64,000 nt of DNA from Eledone cirrhosa (lineage: Eukaryota). Position 1 is the first letter of the stretch. Every line of letters begins with the position of its first letter. Shown here one piece after another: positions 42,101 to 57,100 of the stretch. The position numbers and the translations under genes were made by a program. The stretch covers positions 19,344,001-19,408,000 of the forward strand of contig OZ024740.1 in NCBI GenBank assembly GCA_964016885.1. Direction: 5' to 3'. Below the pieces are notes generated by a model. It searched no databases, was not told the origin of the DNA, and was given only the letters and a program-made list of their open reading frames with translations.

Positions 42101-45100
42101 CTGACTTACTCTAACCTAAAACCTCTACCATGTTACCTTCTTTTTCAACTGACTTAATCTAACCTAAAACCTCTACCATGTTACCTTCTTTTTCAACTGA
42201 CTTACTCTCACCTAAAACCTCTATGTTACCTTCTTTTTTAACCGACTTACTCTCACCTAAAACCTCTACCTTGTTACCTTCTTTTCCAACTGTCCTAGCC
42301 TCACCAAAAACCTCTACCATGTTACCTTCTTTTTCAACTGACTTACTTTCACCTAAAACGTTTACCATGTTACCTTCTTTTTCAACTGACTTACTCTCAC
42401 CTAAAACCTCTATGTTACCTTCTTTTTCAACCGACTTACTCTCACCTAAAACCTCTACCATGTTACCTTCTTTTTCAACTGACTTACTCTCACCTAAAAC
42501 CTCTACAATGTTACCTTCTTTTTCAACTGACTTACTCTCACCTAAAACCTCTACCATGTTACCTTCTTTTTCAACTGACTTACTCTCACCTAAAACCTCT
42601 GTGTTACCTTCTTTTTCAACCGACTTACTCTCACCTAAAACCTCTACCATCTTACCTTCATTTTCAACTGACTTACTCTCACCTAAGACCTCTACCATGT
42701 TACCTTCTTTTTCAACTGACTTACTATCACCTAAAATCTCTACCATGTTACCTTCTTTTTCAACTGTCTTACTCTCACCTAAAAGCTCTACCATGTTACC
42801 TTCTTTTTTAACTGACTTACTCTCACCTAAAACCTCTACCATGTTACCTTCTTTTTCAACTGTCTTAGCCTCACCTAAAACCTCTACCATGTTACCTTCT
42901 TTTTCAACTGACTTACTCTCACCTAAAACCTCTATGTTACCTTCTTTTTCAACCGACTTACTATCACCTAAAACCTCTACCATGTTACCTTCTTTTTCAA
43001 CTGACTTACTCTCACCTAAAACCTCTACCATGTTACCATCTTTTTCAACTGACTTACTCTCACCTAAAACCTCTACCATGTTACCTTCTTTTTCAACTGA
43101 CTTACTCTCACCTAAAACCTCTACCATGTTACCTTCATTTTCAACTGACTTACTCTCACCTAAAACCTCTATGTTACCTTCTTTTTCAACCGACTTACTC
43201 TCACCTAAAACCTCAACCATGATACCTTCTTTTTCAACTGACTTACTCTCACCTAAAACATTTACCATGTTACCATCTTTTTCAACTGACTTACTCTCAC
43301 CTAAAACCTCTATGTTACCTTCTTTTTCAACCGACTTACTCTCATCTAAAACCTCTACCATGTTACCTTCTTTTTCAATCGACTTACTCTCATCTAAAAC
43401 CTCTACCATGTTACCTTCTTTTTCAACTGTCTTACTATCACCTAAAACCTCTACCATGTTAAGTTCTTTTTCAACTGACTTACTCTCACCTAAAAAGTCT
43501 ACCATGTTACCTTCTTTTTCAACTGACTTGCTCTCACCTAAAACCTCTACCATGTTACCTTCTTTTTCAACTGACTTACTCTCACCTAAAACCTCTACCA
43601 TGTTACCTTCTTTTTCAACTGACTTACTCTCACCTAAAACCTCTACCATGTTACCTTCTTTTTCAACCGACTTACTCTCACCTAATACCTCTACCATGTT
43701 ACCTTCTTTTTCAACTGTCTTACTCCTCACCTAAAACCTCTACCATGTTACATTCTTTTCCAACTGACTTACTCTCACCTAAAACCTCTACCATGTTACC
43801 TTCTTTTTCAACTGACTTACTCTCACCTAAAACCTCTACCATGTTACCTTCTTTTTCAACTGACTTACTCTCACCTAAAACCTCTACCATGTTACCTTCT
43901 TTTTCAACTGACTTACTCTCACCTAAAACCTCTACCATGTTACCTTCTTTTTCAACTGACTTACTCTCACCTAAAACCTCTACCATGTTACCTTCTTTTT
44001 CAACTGACTTACTCTCACCTAAAACCTCTATGTTACCTTCTTTTTCAACCGACTTACTCTCACCTAAAACCTCTACCATGTTACCTTCTTTTTCAACTGA
44101 CTTACTCTCACCTAAAACCTCTACCATGTTACCTTCATTTTCAACTGACTTACTCTCACCTAAAACCTCTACCATGTTACATTCTTTTCCAACTGACTTA
44201 CTCTCACCTAAAACCTCTACCATGTTACCTTCTTTTTCAACCGACTTACTCTCACCTAAAACCTCTATGTTACCTTCTTTTTCAACCGACTTACTCTCAC
44301 CTAAAACCTCTACCATGTTACCTTCTTTTTCAACTGACTTACTCTCACCTAAAACCTCTACCATGTTACCTTCTTTTTCAACTGACTTACTCTCACCTAA
44401 AACCTCTACCATGTTACCTTCTTTTTCAACTGACTTACTCTCACCTAAAACCTCTACCATGTATACTTTCTTTTTCAACTGACTTACTCTCACCTAAAAC
44501 CTCTACCATGTTAAGTTCTTTTTCAACTGACTTACTATCACCTAAAACCTCTACCATGTTACCTTCTTTTTCAACCGACTTACTCTCACCTAAAACCTCT
44601 ACCATGATACCTTCTTTTTCAACTGACCTACTCTCACCTAAAACCTCTACCATGTTACCTTCTTTTTCAACTGACTTACTGTCACCTAAAACCTCTACCA
44701 TGTTACCTTCTTTTTCAACTGACTTACTCTCACCTAAAACCTCTACCATGTTACCTTCTTTTTCAACTGACTTACTCTCACCTAAAACCTCTACCATGAT
44801 ACCTTCTTTTTCAACTGACTTACTCTCACCTAAAACCTCTACCATGTTACCTTCTTTTTCAACTGTCTTAGCCTCACCTAAAACCTCTACCATGTTACCT
44901 TCTTTTTCAACTGACTTACTCTCACCTAAAACCTCTACCATGTTACCTTCTTTTTCAACTGACTTACTCTCACCTAAAACCTCTACCATGTTACCTTCTT
45001 TTTCAACTGACTTACTCTCACCTAAAACCTCTACCATGTTACCTTCTTTTTCAACTGACTTACTCTCACCTAAAACCTCTACCATGTTACCTTCTTTTTC

Positions 45101-48100
45101 AACTGACTTACTCTCACCTAAAACCTCTACCATGTTACATTCTATTTCAACTGACTTACTCTCACCTAAAACCTCTACCATGTTACCTTCTTTTTCAACT
45201 GACTTACTCTCACCTAAAACCTCTACCATGTTACATTCTTTTCCAACTGACTTACTCTCACCTAAAACCTCTACCATGTTACTTTCTTTTTCAACTGACT
45301 TACTCTCACCTAAAACCTCTACCATGTTACCTTCTTTTTCAACTGACTTACTCTCACCTAAAACCTCTACCATGTTACATTCTATTTCAACTGACTTACT
45401 CTCACCTAAAACCTCTACCATGTTACTTTCTTTTTCAACTGACTTACTCTCACCTAAAACCTCTACCATGTTACCTTCTTTTTCAACTGACTTACTCTCA
45501 CCTAAAACCTCTATGTTACCTTCTTTTTCAACCGACTTACTCTCACCTAAAACCTCTACCATGTTACCTTCTTTTTCAACTGACTTACTCTCACCTAAGA
45601 CCTCTAACATGTTACCTTCTTTTTCAACTGACTTACACTCACCTAAAACCTCTACCATGTTACCTTCTTTTTCAACTGACTTACTCTCACCTAAAACCTC
45701 TACCATGTTACCTTCTTTTTCAACTGACTTACTCTCACCTAAAACCTCTACCATGATACCTTCTTTTTCAACTGACTTACTCTCACCTAAAACCTCTACC
45801 ATGTTACCTTCTTTTTCAACTGTCTTAGCCTCACCTAAAACCTCTACCATGTTACCTTCTTTTTCAACTGACTTACTCTAACCTAAAACCTCTACCATGT
45901 TACCTTCTTTTTCAACTGACTTACTCTCACCTAAAATCTCTATGTTACCTTCTTTTTTAACCGACTTACTCTCACCTAAAACCTCTACCATGTTACCTTC
46001 TTTTCCAACTGTCCTAGCCTCACCAAAAACCTCTACCATGTGACCTTCTTTTTCAACTGACTCACTCTCACCTAAAACCTCTATGTTACCTTCTTTTTCA
46101 ACCGACTTACTCTCACCTAAAACCTCTACCATGTTACCTTCTTTTTCAACTGACTTACTCTCACCTAAAACCTCTACCATGTTACCTTCTTTTTCAACCG
46201 ACTTACTCTCACCTAAAACCTCTACCATGTTACCTTCTTTTTCAACCGACTTACTCTCACCTAAAACCTCTACCATGTTACCTTCTTTTTCAACTGTCTT
46301 ACTCTAACCTAAAACCTCTACCATGTTACCTTCTTTTTCAACTGACTTACTCTAACCTAAAACCTCTACCATGTTACCTTCTTTTTCAACTGACTTACTC
46401 TCACCTAAAATCTCTATGTTACCTTCTTTTTTAACCGACTTACTCTCACCTAAAACCTCTACCATGTTACCTTCTTTTCCAACTGTCCTAGCCTCACCAA
46501 AAACCTCTACCATGTGACCTTCTTTTTCAACTGACTCACTCTCACCTAAAACCTCTATGTTACCTTCTTTTTCAACCGACTTACTCTCACCTAAAACCTC
46601 TACCATGTTACCTTCTTTTTCAACTGACTTACTCTCACCTAAAACCTCTACCATGTTACCTTCTTTTTCAACTGACTTACTCTCACCTAAAACCTCTACC
46701 ATGTTACCTTCTTTTTCAACTGACTTACTCTCACCTAAAACCTCTACCATGTTACCTTCTTTTTCAACTGACTTACTCTCACCTAAAACCTCTGTGTTAC
46801 CTTCTTTTTCAACCGACTTACTCTCACCTAAAACCTCGGCCATGTTACCTTCTTTTTCAACTGACTTACTCTCACCTAAAACCTCTACCATCTTACCTTC
46901 ATTTTCAACTGACTTACTCTCACCTAAGACCTCTACCATGTTACCTTCTTTTTCAACTGACTTACTATCACCTAAAATCTCTACCATGTTACCTTCTTTT
47001 TTAACTGACTTACTCTCACCTAAAACCTCTACCATGTTACATTCTTTTTCAACTGACTTACTCTCACCTAAAACCTCTACCATGTTAACTTCTTTTTCAA
47101 CTGTCTTACTCTCACCTAAAACCTCTACCATGTTACATTCTTTTTCAACTGACTTACTCTCACCTAAAACCTCTACCATGTTACTTTCTTTTTCAACTGA
47201 CTTACTCTCACCTAAAACCTCTACCATGTTACCTTCTTTTTCAACTGTCTTAGCCTCACCTAAAACCTCTACCATGTTACCTTCTTTTTCAACTGACTTA
47301 CTCTCACCTAAAACCTCTATGTTACCTTCTTTTTCAACCGACTTACTATCACCTAAAACCTCTACCATGTTACCTTCTTTTTCAACTGACTTACTCTCAC
47401 CTAAAACCTCTACCATGTTACCATCTTTTTCAACTGACTTACTCTCACCTAAAACCTCTACCATGTTACCTTCTTTTTCAACTGACTTACTCTCACCTAA
47501 AACCTCTACCATGTTACCTTCTTTTTCAACTGACTTACTCTCACCTAAAACCTCTATGTTACCTTCTTTTTCAACCGACTTACTCTCACCTAAAACCTCT
47601 ACCATGATACCTTCTTTTTCAACTGACTTACTCTCACCTAAAACATCTACCATGTTACCTTCTTTTTCAACTATCTTAGCCTCACCTAAAACCTCTACCA
47701 TGTTACCTTCTTTTTCAACTGTCCTAGCCTCACCTAAAACCTCTACCATGTTAAGTTCTTTTTCAACTGACTTACTCTCACCTAAAAAGTCTACCATGTT
47801 ACCTTCTTTTTCAACTGACTTACACTCACCGAAAACCTCTATGTTACCTTCTTTTTCAACCGACTTACACTCACCTAAAACCTCTACCATGTTACCTTCT
47901 TTTTCAACTGTCTTACTCTCACCTAAAACCTCTACCATGTTACATTCTTTTTCAACTGACTTACTCTCACCTAAAACCTCTACCATGTTACTTTCTTTTT
48001 CAACTGACTTACTCTCACCTAAAACCTCTACCATGTTACGTTCTTTTTCAACTGTCTTAGCCTCACCTAAAACCTCTACCATGTTACCTTCTTTTTCAAC

Positions 48101-51100
48101 TGACTTACCCTCACCTAAAACCCCTATGTTACCTTCTTTTTCAACCGACTTACTATCACCTAAAACCTCTACCATGTTACCTTCTTTTTCAACTGACTTA
48201 CTCTCACCTAAAACCTCTACCATGTTACCATCTTTTTCAACTGACTTGCTCTCACCTAAAACCTCTACCATGTTACCTTCTTTTTCAACTGACTTACTCT
48301 CACCTAAAACCTCTACCATGTTACCTTCTTTTTCAACTGACTTACTCTCACCTAAAACCTCTATGTTACCTTCTTTTTCAACCGACTTACTCTCACCTGA
48401 AACCTATACCATGATACCTTCTTTTTCAACTGACTTACTCTCACCTAAAACCTCTACCATGTTACCTTCTTTTTCAACTATCTTAGCCTCACCTAAAACC
48501 TCTACCATGTTACCTTCTTTTTCAACTGTCCTAGTCTCACCTAAAACCTCTACCATGTTACCTTCTTTTTCCACCGACTTACTCACACCTAAAACCTCTA
48601 CCATTTTACCTTCTTTTCCAACTGACTTGCTCTCACCTAAAACTTCTATGTTACCTTCTTTTTCAACTGACTTACTCTCACCTAAAACCTCTACCATGTT
48701 ACCTTCTTTTTCAACTGTCCTAGTCTCACCTAAAACCTCTACCATGTTACCTTCTTTTTCAACTGACTTACTCTCACCTAAAACCTCTACCATGTTACCT
48801 TCTTTTTCAACTGTCCTAGTCTCACCTAAAACCTCTACCATGTTACCTTCTTTTTCAACTGACTTACTCTCACCTAAAACCTCTACCATGTTACCTTCTT
48901 TTTCAACTGACTTACTCTCACCTAAAACCTCTATGTTACCTTCTTTTTCAACCGACTTACTCTCACCTAAAACCTCTACCATGATACCTTCTTTTTCAAC
49001 TGACTTACTCTCACCTAAAACATCTACCATGTTACCTTCTTTTTCAACTATCTTAGCCTCACCTAAAACCTCTACCATGTTACCTTCTTTTTCAACTGTC
49101 CTAGCCTCACCTAAAACCTCTACCATGTTAAGTTCTTTTTCAACTGACTTACTCTCACCTAAAACCTCTACCATGTTACCTTCTTTTCCAACTGACTTGC
49201 TCTCACCTAAAACTTCTATGTTACCTTCTTTTTCAACTGACTTACTCTCACCTAAAACCTCTACCATGTTACCTTCTTTTTCAACTGATTTACTCTCACC
49301 TAAAACGTCTACCATGTTACCTTCTTTTTCAACTGACTTGCTCTCACCTAAAACTTCTATGTTACCTTCTTTTTCAACTGTCTTACTCTCACCTAAAACC
49401 TCTACCATGTTACCTTCTTTTTCAACTGACTTGCTCTCACCTAAAACTTCTATGTTACCTTCTTTTTCAACTGTCTTACTCCTCACCTAAAACCTCTACC
49501 ATGTTACCTTCTTTTTCAACTGACTTACTATCACCTAAAACCTCTACCATGTTACCTTCTTTTTCAACTGACTTACTATCACCTAAAACCTCTACCATGT
49601 TACCTTCTTTTTCAACTGATTTACTCTCACCTAAAACCTCTACCATGTTACCTTCTTTTTCAACTGACTTACTCTCACCTAAAACCTCTATGTTACCTTC
49701 TTTTTCAACCGACTTACTCTCACCTAAAACCTCTATCATGATACCTTCTTTTTCAACTGACTTACTCTCACCTAAAACCTCTACCATGTTACCTTCTTTT
49801 TCAACTGACTTACTATCACCTAAAACCTCTACCATGTTACCTTCTTTTTCAACTGACTTACTCTCACCTAAAACGTCTACCATGTTACCTTCTTTTTCAA
49901 CTGACTTGCTCTCACCTAAAACTTCTATGTTACCTTCTTTTTCAACTGACTTACTCTCACCTAAAACGTCTACCATGTTACCTTCTTTTTCAACTGACTT
50001 ACTCTCACCTAAAACGTCTACCATGTTACCTTCTTTTTCAACTGACTTGCTCTCACCTAAAACTTCTATGTTACCTTCTTTTTCAACTGACTTACTCTCA
50101 CCTAAAACCTCTACCATGTTACCTTCTTTTTCAACTGACTTGCTCTCACCTAAAACTTCTATGTTACCTTCTTTTTCAACTGACTTACTCTCACCTAAAA
50201 CCTCTACCATGTTACCTTCTTTTTCAACTGACTTACTCTCACCTAAAACGTCTACCATGTTACCTTCTTTTTCAACTGACTTGCTCTCACCTAAAACTTC
50301 TATGTTACCTTCTTTTCCAACTGTCTTACTCTCACCTAAAACCTCTACCATGTTACATTCTTTTCCAACTGACTTACTCTCACCTAAAACCTCTACCATG
50401 TTACTTTCTTTTTCAACTGATTTACTCTCACCTAAAACCTCTACCATGTTACCTTCTTTTTCAACTGACTTACTCTCACCTAAAACCTCTATGTTACCTT
50501 CTTTTTCAACCGACTTACTCTCACCTAAAACCTCTACCATGTTACTTTCTTTTTCAACTGATTTACTCTCACCTAAAACCTCTACCATGTTACATTCTTT
50601 TTCAACTGACTTACTCTCACCTAAAACCTCTACCATGTTACCTTCTTTTTCAACTGACTTACTATCACCTAAAACCTCTACCATGTTACCTTCTTTTTCA
50701 ACTGACTTACTCTCACCTAAAACCTCTACCATGATACCTTCTTTTTCAACTGACTTACTCTCACCTAAAACCTCTACCATGTTACCTTTTTTCTCAACTG
50801 TCTTAGCCTCACCTAAAACCTCTACCATGTTACCTTCTTTTTCAACTGACTTACTCTCACCTAAAACCTCTACCATGTTACATTCTTTTTCAACTGACTT
50901 ACTCTCACCTAAAACCTCTACCATGTTACCTTCTTTTTCAACTGTCTTAGCCTCACCTAAAACCTCTACCATGTTACCTTCTTTTTCAACTGACTTACTC
51001 TCACCTAAAACCTCTACCATGTTACCTTCTTTTTCAACTGACTTACTCTCACCTAAAACCTCTACCATGTTACATTCTTTTTCAACTGACTTACTCTCAC

Positions 51101-54100
51101 CTAAAACCTCTACCATGTTACATTCTATTTCAACTGACTTACTCTCACCTAAAACCTCTACCATGTTACCTTCTTTTTCAACTGACTTACTCTCACCTAA
51201 AACCTCTACCATGTTACCTTCTTTTTCAACTGTCTTAGCCTCACCTAAAACCTCTACCATGTTACCTTCTTTTTCAACTGACTTACTCTCACCTAAAACC
51301 TCTACCATGTTACATTCTTTTTCAACTGACTTACTCTCACCTAAAACCTCTACCATGTTACCTTCTTTTTCAACTGTCTTAGCCTCACCTAAAACCTCTA
51401 CCATGTTACCTTCTTTTTCAACTGACTTACTCTCACCTAAAACCTCTACCATGTTACCTTCTTTTTCAACTGACTTACTCTCACCTAAAACCTCTACCAT
51501 GTTACATTCTTTTTCAACTGACTTACTCTCACCTAAAACCTCTACCATGTTACATTCTATTTCAACTGACTTACTCTCACCTAAAACCTCTACCATGTTA
51601 CCTTCTTTTTTAACTGACTTACACTCACCTAAAACCTCTACCATGTTACCTTCTTTTTCAACTGACTTACTATCACCTAAAACCTCTACCATGTTACCTT
51701 CTTTTTCAACTGACTTACTCTCACCTAAAACCTCTACCATGATACCTTCTTTTTCAACTGACTTACTCTCACCTAAAACCTCTACCATGTTACCTTCTTT
51801 TTCAACTGTCTTAGCCTCACCTAAAACCTCTACCATGTTACCTTCTTTTTCAACTGACTTACTCTCACCTAAAACCTCTACCATGTTACCTTCTTTTTCA
51901 ACTGACTTACTCTCACCTAAAACCTCTACCATGTTACATTCTATTTCAACTGACTTACTCTCACCTAAAACCTCTACCATGTTACCTTCTTTTCCAACTG
52001 TCTTACTCTCACCTAAAACCTCTACCATGTTACATTCTTTTTCAACCGACTTACTCTCACCTAAAACCTCTACCATGTTACCTTCTTTTTCAACTGACTT
52101 ACACTCACATAAAACCTCTATGTTACCTTCTTTTTCAACCTACTTACACTCACCTAAAACCTCTACCATGTTACCTTCTTTTTCAACTGACTTACTCTAA
52201 CCTAAAACCTCTACCATGTTACCTTCTTTTTCAACTGACTTACTCTCACCTAAAACCTCTATGTTACCTTCTTTTTTAACCGACTTACTCTCACCTAAAA
52301 CCTCTACCATGTTACCTTCTTTTCCAACTGTCCTAGCCTCACCAAAAACCTCTACCATGTTACCTTCTTTTCAACTGACTTACTTTCACCTAAAACGTTT
52401 ACCATGTTACCTTCTTTTTCAACTGACTTACTCTCACCTAAAACCTCTATGTTACCTTCTTTTTCAACCGACTTACTCTCACCTAAAACCTCTACCATGT
52501 TACCTTCTTTTTCAACTGACTTACTCTCACCTAAAACCTCTACCATGTTACCTTCTTTTTCAACTGACTTACTCTCACCTAAAACCTCCACCATGTTACC
52601 TTCTTTTTCAACTGACTTACTCTCACCTAAAACCTCTACCATGTTACCTTCTTTTTCAACTGACTTACTCTCACCTAAAACCTCTGTGTTACCTTCTTTT
52701 TCAACCGACTTACTCTCACCTAAAACCTCGGCCATGTTACCTTCTTTTTCAACTGACTTACTCTCACCTAAAACCTCTACCATCTTACCTTCATTTTCAA
52801 CTGACTTACTCTCACCTAAGACCTCTACCATGTTACCTTCTTTTTCAACTGACTTACTCTCATCTAAAACCTCTACCATGTTACCTTCTTTTTCAACTGA
52901 CTTACTCTCAGCTAAAACCTCTACCATGTTACCTTCTTTTTCAACTGACTTACTCTCACCTAAAACCTCTGTGTTACCTTCTTTTTCAACCGACTTACTC
53001 TCACCTAAAACCTCGGCCATGTTACCTTCTTTTTCAACTGACTTACTCTCACCTAAGACCTCTACCATGTTACCTTCTTTTTCAACTGTCTTAGCCTCAC
53101 CTAAAACCTCTACCATGTTACCTTCTTTTTCAACTGACTTACTCTCACCTAAAACCTCTATGTTACCTTCTTTTTCAACCGACTTACTATCACCTAAAAC
53201 CTCTACCATGTTACCTTCTTTTTCAACTGACTTACTCTCACCTAAAACCTCTACCATGTTACCATCTTTTTCAACTGACTTACTCTCACCTAAAACCTCT
53301 ACCATGTTACCTTCTTTTTCAACTGACTTACTCTCACCTAAAACCTCTACCATGTTACCTTCAGTTTCAACTGACTTACTCTCACCTAAAACCTCTATGT
53401 TACCTTCTTTTTCAACCGACTTACTCTCACCTAAAACCTCTACCATGATACCTTCTTTTTCAACTGACTTACTCTCACCTAAATCATCTACCATGTTACC
53501 TTCTTTTTCAACTATCTTACCTCACCTAAAACCTCTACCATGTTACCTTCTTTTTCAACTGTCCTAGCCTCACCTAAAACCTCTACCATGTTAAGTTCTT
53601 TTTCAACTGACTTACTCTCACCTAAAAAGTCTACCATGTTACCTTCTTTTTCAACTGACTTGCTCTCACCTAAAACCTCTATGTTACCTTCTTTTTCAAC
53701 TGACTTACTCTCACCTAATACCTCTACCATGTTACCTTCTTTTTCAACCGACTTACTCTCACCTAATACCTCTACCATGTTACCTTCTTTTTCAACTGAC
53801 TTACTCTCACCTAAAACCTCTACCATGTTACCTTCTTTTTCAACCGACTTACTCTCACCTAAAACCTCTACCATGTTACATTCTTTTTTAACTGACTTAC
53901 TCTCACCTAAAACCTCTACCATGTTACCTTCTTTTTCAACTGACTTACTCTCACCTAAAACCTCTATGTTACCTTCTTTTTCAACCGACTTACTCTCACC
54001 TAAAACCTCTACCATGATACCTTCTTTTTCAACTGACTTACTCTCACCTAAAACCTCTACCATGTTACCTTCTTTTTCAACTGACTTACTCTCACCTAAA

Positions 54101-57100
54101 ACCTCTACCATGTTACCTTCTTTTTCAACTGACTTACTCTCACCTAAAACCTCTACCATGTTACCTTCTTTTTCAACTGACTTACTCTCACCTAAAACCT
54201 CTATGTTACCTTCTTTTTCAACTGACTTACTCTCACCTAAAACCTCTACCATGTTACCTTCTTTTTCAACCGACTTACTCTCACCTAATACCTCTACCAT
54301 GTTACCTTCTTTTTCAACTGTCTTACTCTCACCTAAAACCTCTACCATGTTACCTTCTTTTTCAACTGACTTACTCTCACCTAAAACCTCTACCATGTTA
54401 CCTTCTTTTTCAACTGTCTTACTCTCACCTAAAACCTCTACCATGTTACATTCTTTTCCAACTGACTTACTCTCACCTAAAACCTCTACCATGTTACCTT
54501 CTTTTTCAACTGTCCTAGCCTCACCTAAAACCTCTACCATGTTAAGTTCTTTTTCAACTGACTTACTCTCACCTAAAACCTCTATGTTACCTTCTTTTTC
54601 AACCGACTTACTCTCACCTAAAACCTCTACCATGTTACCTTCTTTTTCAACTGACTTACTCTCACCTAAAACCTCTACCATGTTACCTTCTTTTTCAACT
54701 GACTTACTCTCACCTAAAACCTCTACCATCTTACCTTCATTTTCAACTGACTTACTCTCACCTAAGACCTCTACCATGTTACCTTCTTTTTCAACTGACT
54801 TACTATCACCTAAAATCTCTACCATGTTACCTTCTTTTTCAAATGTCTTACTCTCACCTAAAAGCTCTACCATGTTACCTTCTTTTTTAACTGACTTACT
54901 CTCACCTAAAACCTCTACCATGTTACATTCTTTTTTAACTGACTTACTCTCACCTAAAACCTCTACCATGTTACCTTCTTTTTCAACTGACTTACTCTCA
55001 CCTAAAACCTCTATGTTACCTTCTTTTTCAACCGACTTACTCTCACCTAAAACCTCTACCATGATACCTTCTTTTTCAACTGACTTACTCTCACCTAAAA
55101 CCTCTACCATGTTACCTTCTTTTTCAACTGACTTACTCTCACCTAAAACCTCTACCATGTTACCTTCTTTTTCAACTGACTTACTCTCACCTAAAACCTC
55201 TACCATGTTACCTTCTTTTTCAACTGACTTACTCTCACCTAAAACCTCTACCATGTTACCTTCTTTTTCAACTGACTTACTCTCACCTAAAACCTCTACC
55301 ATGTTACCTTCTTTTTTAACTGACTTACTCTCACCTAAAACCTCTACCATGTTACCTTCTTTTTCAACTGACTTACACTCACCTAAAACCTCTATGTTAC
55401 CTTCTTTTTCAACCTACTTACACTCACCTAAAACCTCTACCATGTTACCTTCTTTTTCAACTGACTTACTCTCACCTAAAACCTCTACCATGTTACCTTC
55501 TTTTTTAACTGACTTACTCTAACCTAAAACCTCTACCATGTTACCTTCTTTTTCAACTGACTTAATCTAACCTAAAACCTCTACCATGTTACCTTCTTTT
55601 TCAACTGACTTACTCTCACCTAAAACCTCTATGTTACCTTCTTTTTTAACCGACTTACTCTCACCTAAAACCTCTACCTTGTTACCTTCTTTTCCAACTG
55701 TCCTAGCCTCACCAAAAACCTCTACCATGTTACCTTCTTTTTCAACTGACTTACTTTCACCTAAAACGTTTACCATGTTACCTTCTTTTTCAACTGACTT
55801 ACTCTCACCTAAAACCTCTATGTTACCTTCTTTTTCAACCGACTTACTCTCACCTAAAACCTCTACCATGTTACCTTCTTTTTCAACTGACTTACTCTCA
55901 CCTAAAACCTCTACAATGTTACCTTCTTTTTCAACTGACTTACTCTCACCTAAAACCTCTACCATGTTACCTTCTTTTTCAACTGACTTACTCTCACCTA
56001 AAACCTCTGTGTTACCTTCTTTTTCAACCGACTTACTCTCACCTAAAACCTCTACCATCTTACCTTCATTTTCAACTGACTTACTCTCACCTAAGACCTC
56101 TACCATGTTACCTTCTTTTTCAACTGACTTACTATCACCTAAAATCTCTACCATGTTACCTTCTTTTTCAACTGTCTTACTCTCACCTAAAAGCTCTACC
56201 ATGTTACCTTCTTTTTTAACTGACTTACTCTCACCTAAAACCTCTACCATGTTACCTTCTTTTTCAACTGTCTTAGCCTCACCTAAAACCTCTACCATGT
56301 TACCTTCTTTTTCAACTGACTTACTCTCACCTAAAACCTCTATGTTACCTTCTTTTTCAACCGACTTACTATCACCTAAAACCTCTACCATGTTACCTTC
56401 TTTTTCAACTGACTTACTCTCACCTAAAACCTCTACCATGTTACCATCTTTTTCAACTGACTTACTCTCACCTAAAACCTCTACCATGTTACCTTCTTTT
56501 TCAACTGACTTACTCTCACCTAAAACCTCTACCATGTTACCTTCATTTTCAACTGACTTACTCTCACCTAAAACCTCTATGTTACCTTCTTTTTCAACCG
56601 ACTTACTCTCACCTAAAACCTCAACCATGATACCTTCTTTTTCAACTGACTTACTCTCACCTAAAACATTTACCATGTTACCATCTTTTTCAACTGACTT
56701 ACTCTCACCTAAAACCTCTATGTTACCTTCTTTTTCAACCGACTTACTCTCATCTAAAACCTCTACCATGTTACCTTCTTTTTCAATCGACTTACTCTCA
56801 TCAAAAACCTCTACCATGTTACCTTCTTTTTCAACTGTCTTACTATCACCTAAAACCTCTACCATGTTAAGTTCTTTTTCAACTGACTTACTCTCACCTA
56901 AAAAGTCTACCATGTTACCTTCTTTTTCAACTGACTTGCTCTCACCTAAAACCTCTACCATGTTACCTTCTTTTTCAACTGACTTACTCTCACCTAAAAC
57001 CTCTACCATGTTACCTTCTTTTTCAACTGACTTACTCTCACCTAAAACCTCTACCATGTTACCTTCTTTTTCAACCGACTTACTCTCACCTAATACCTCT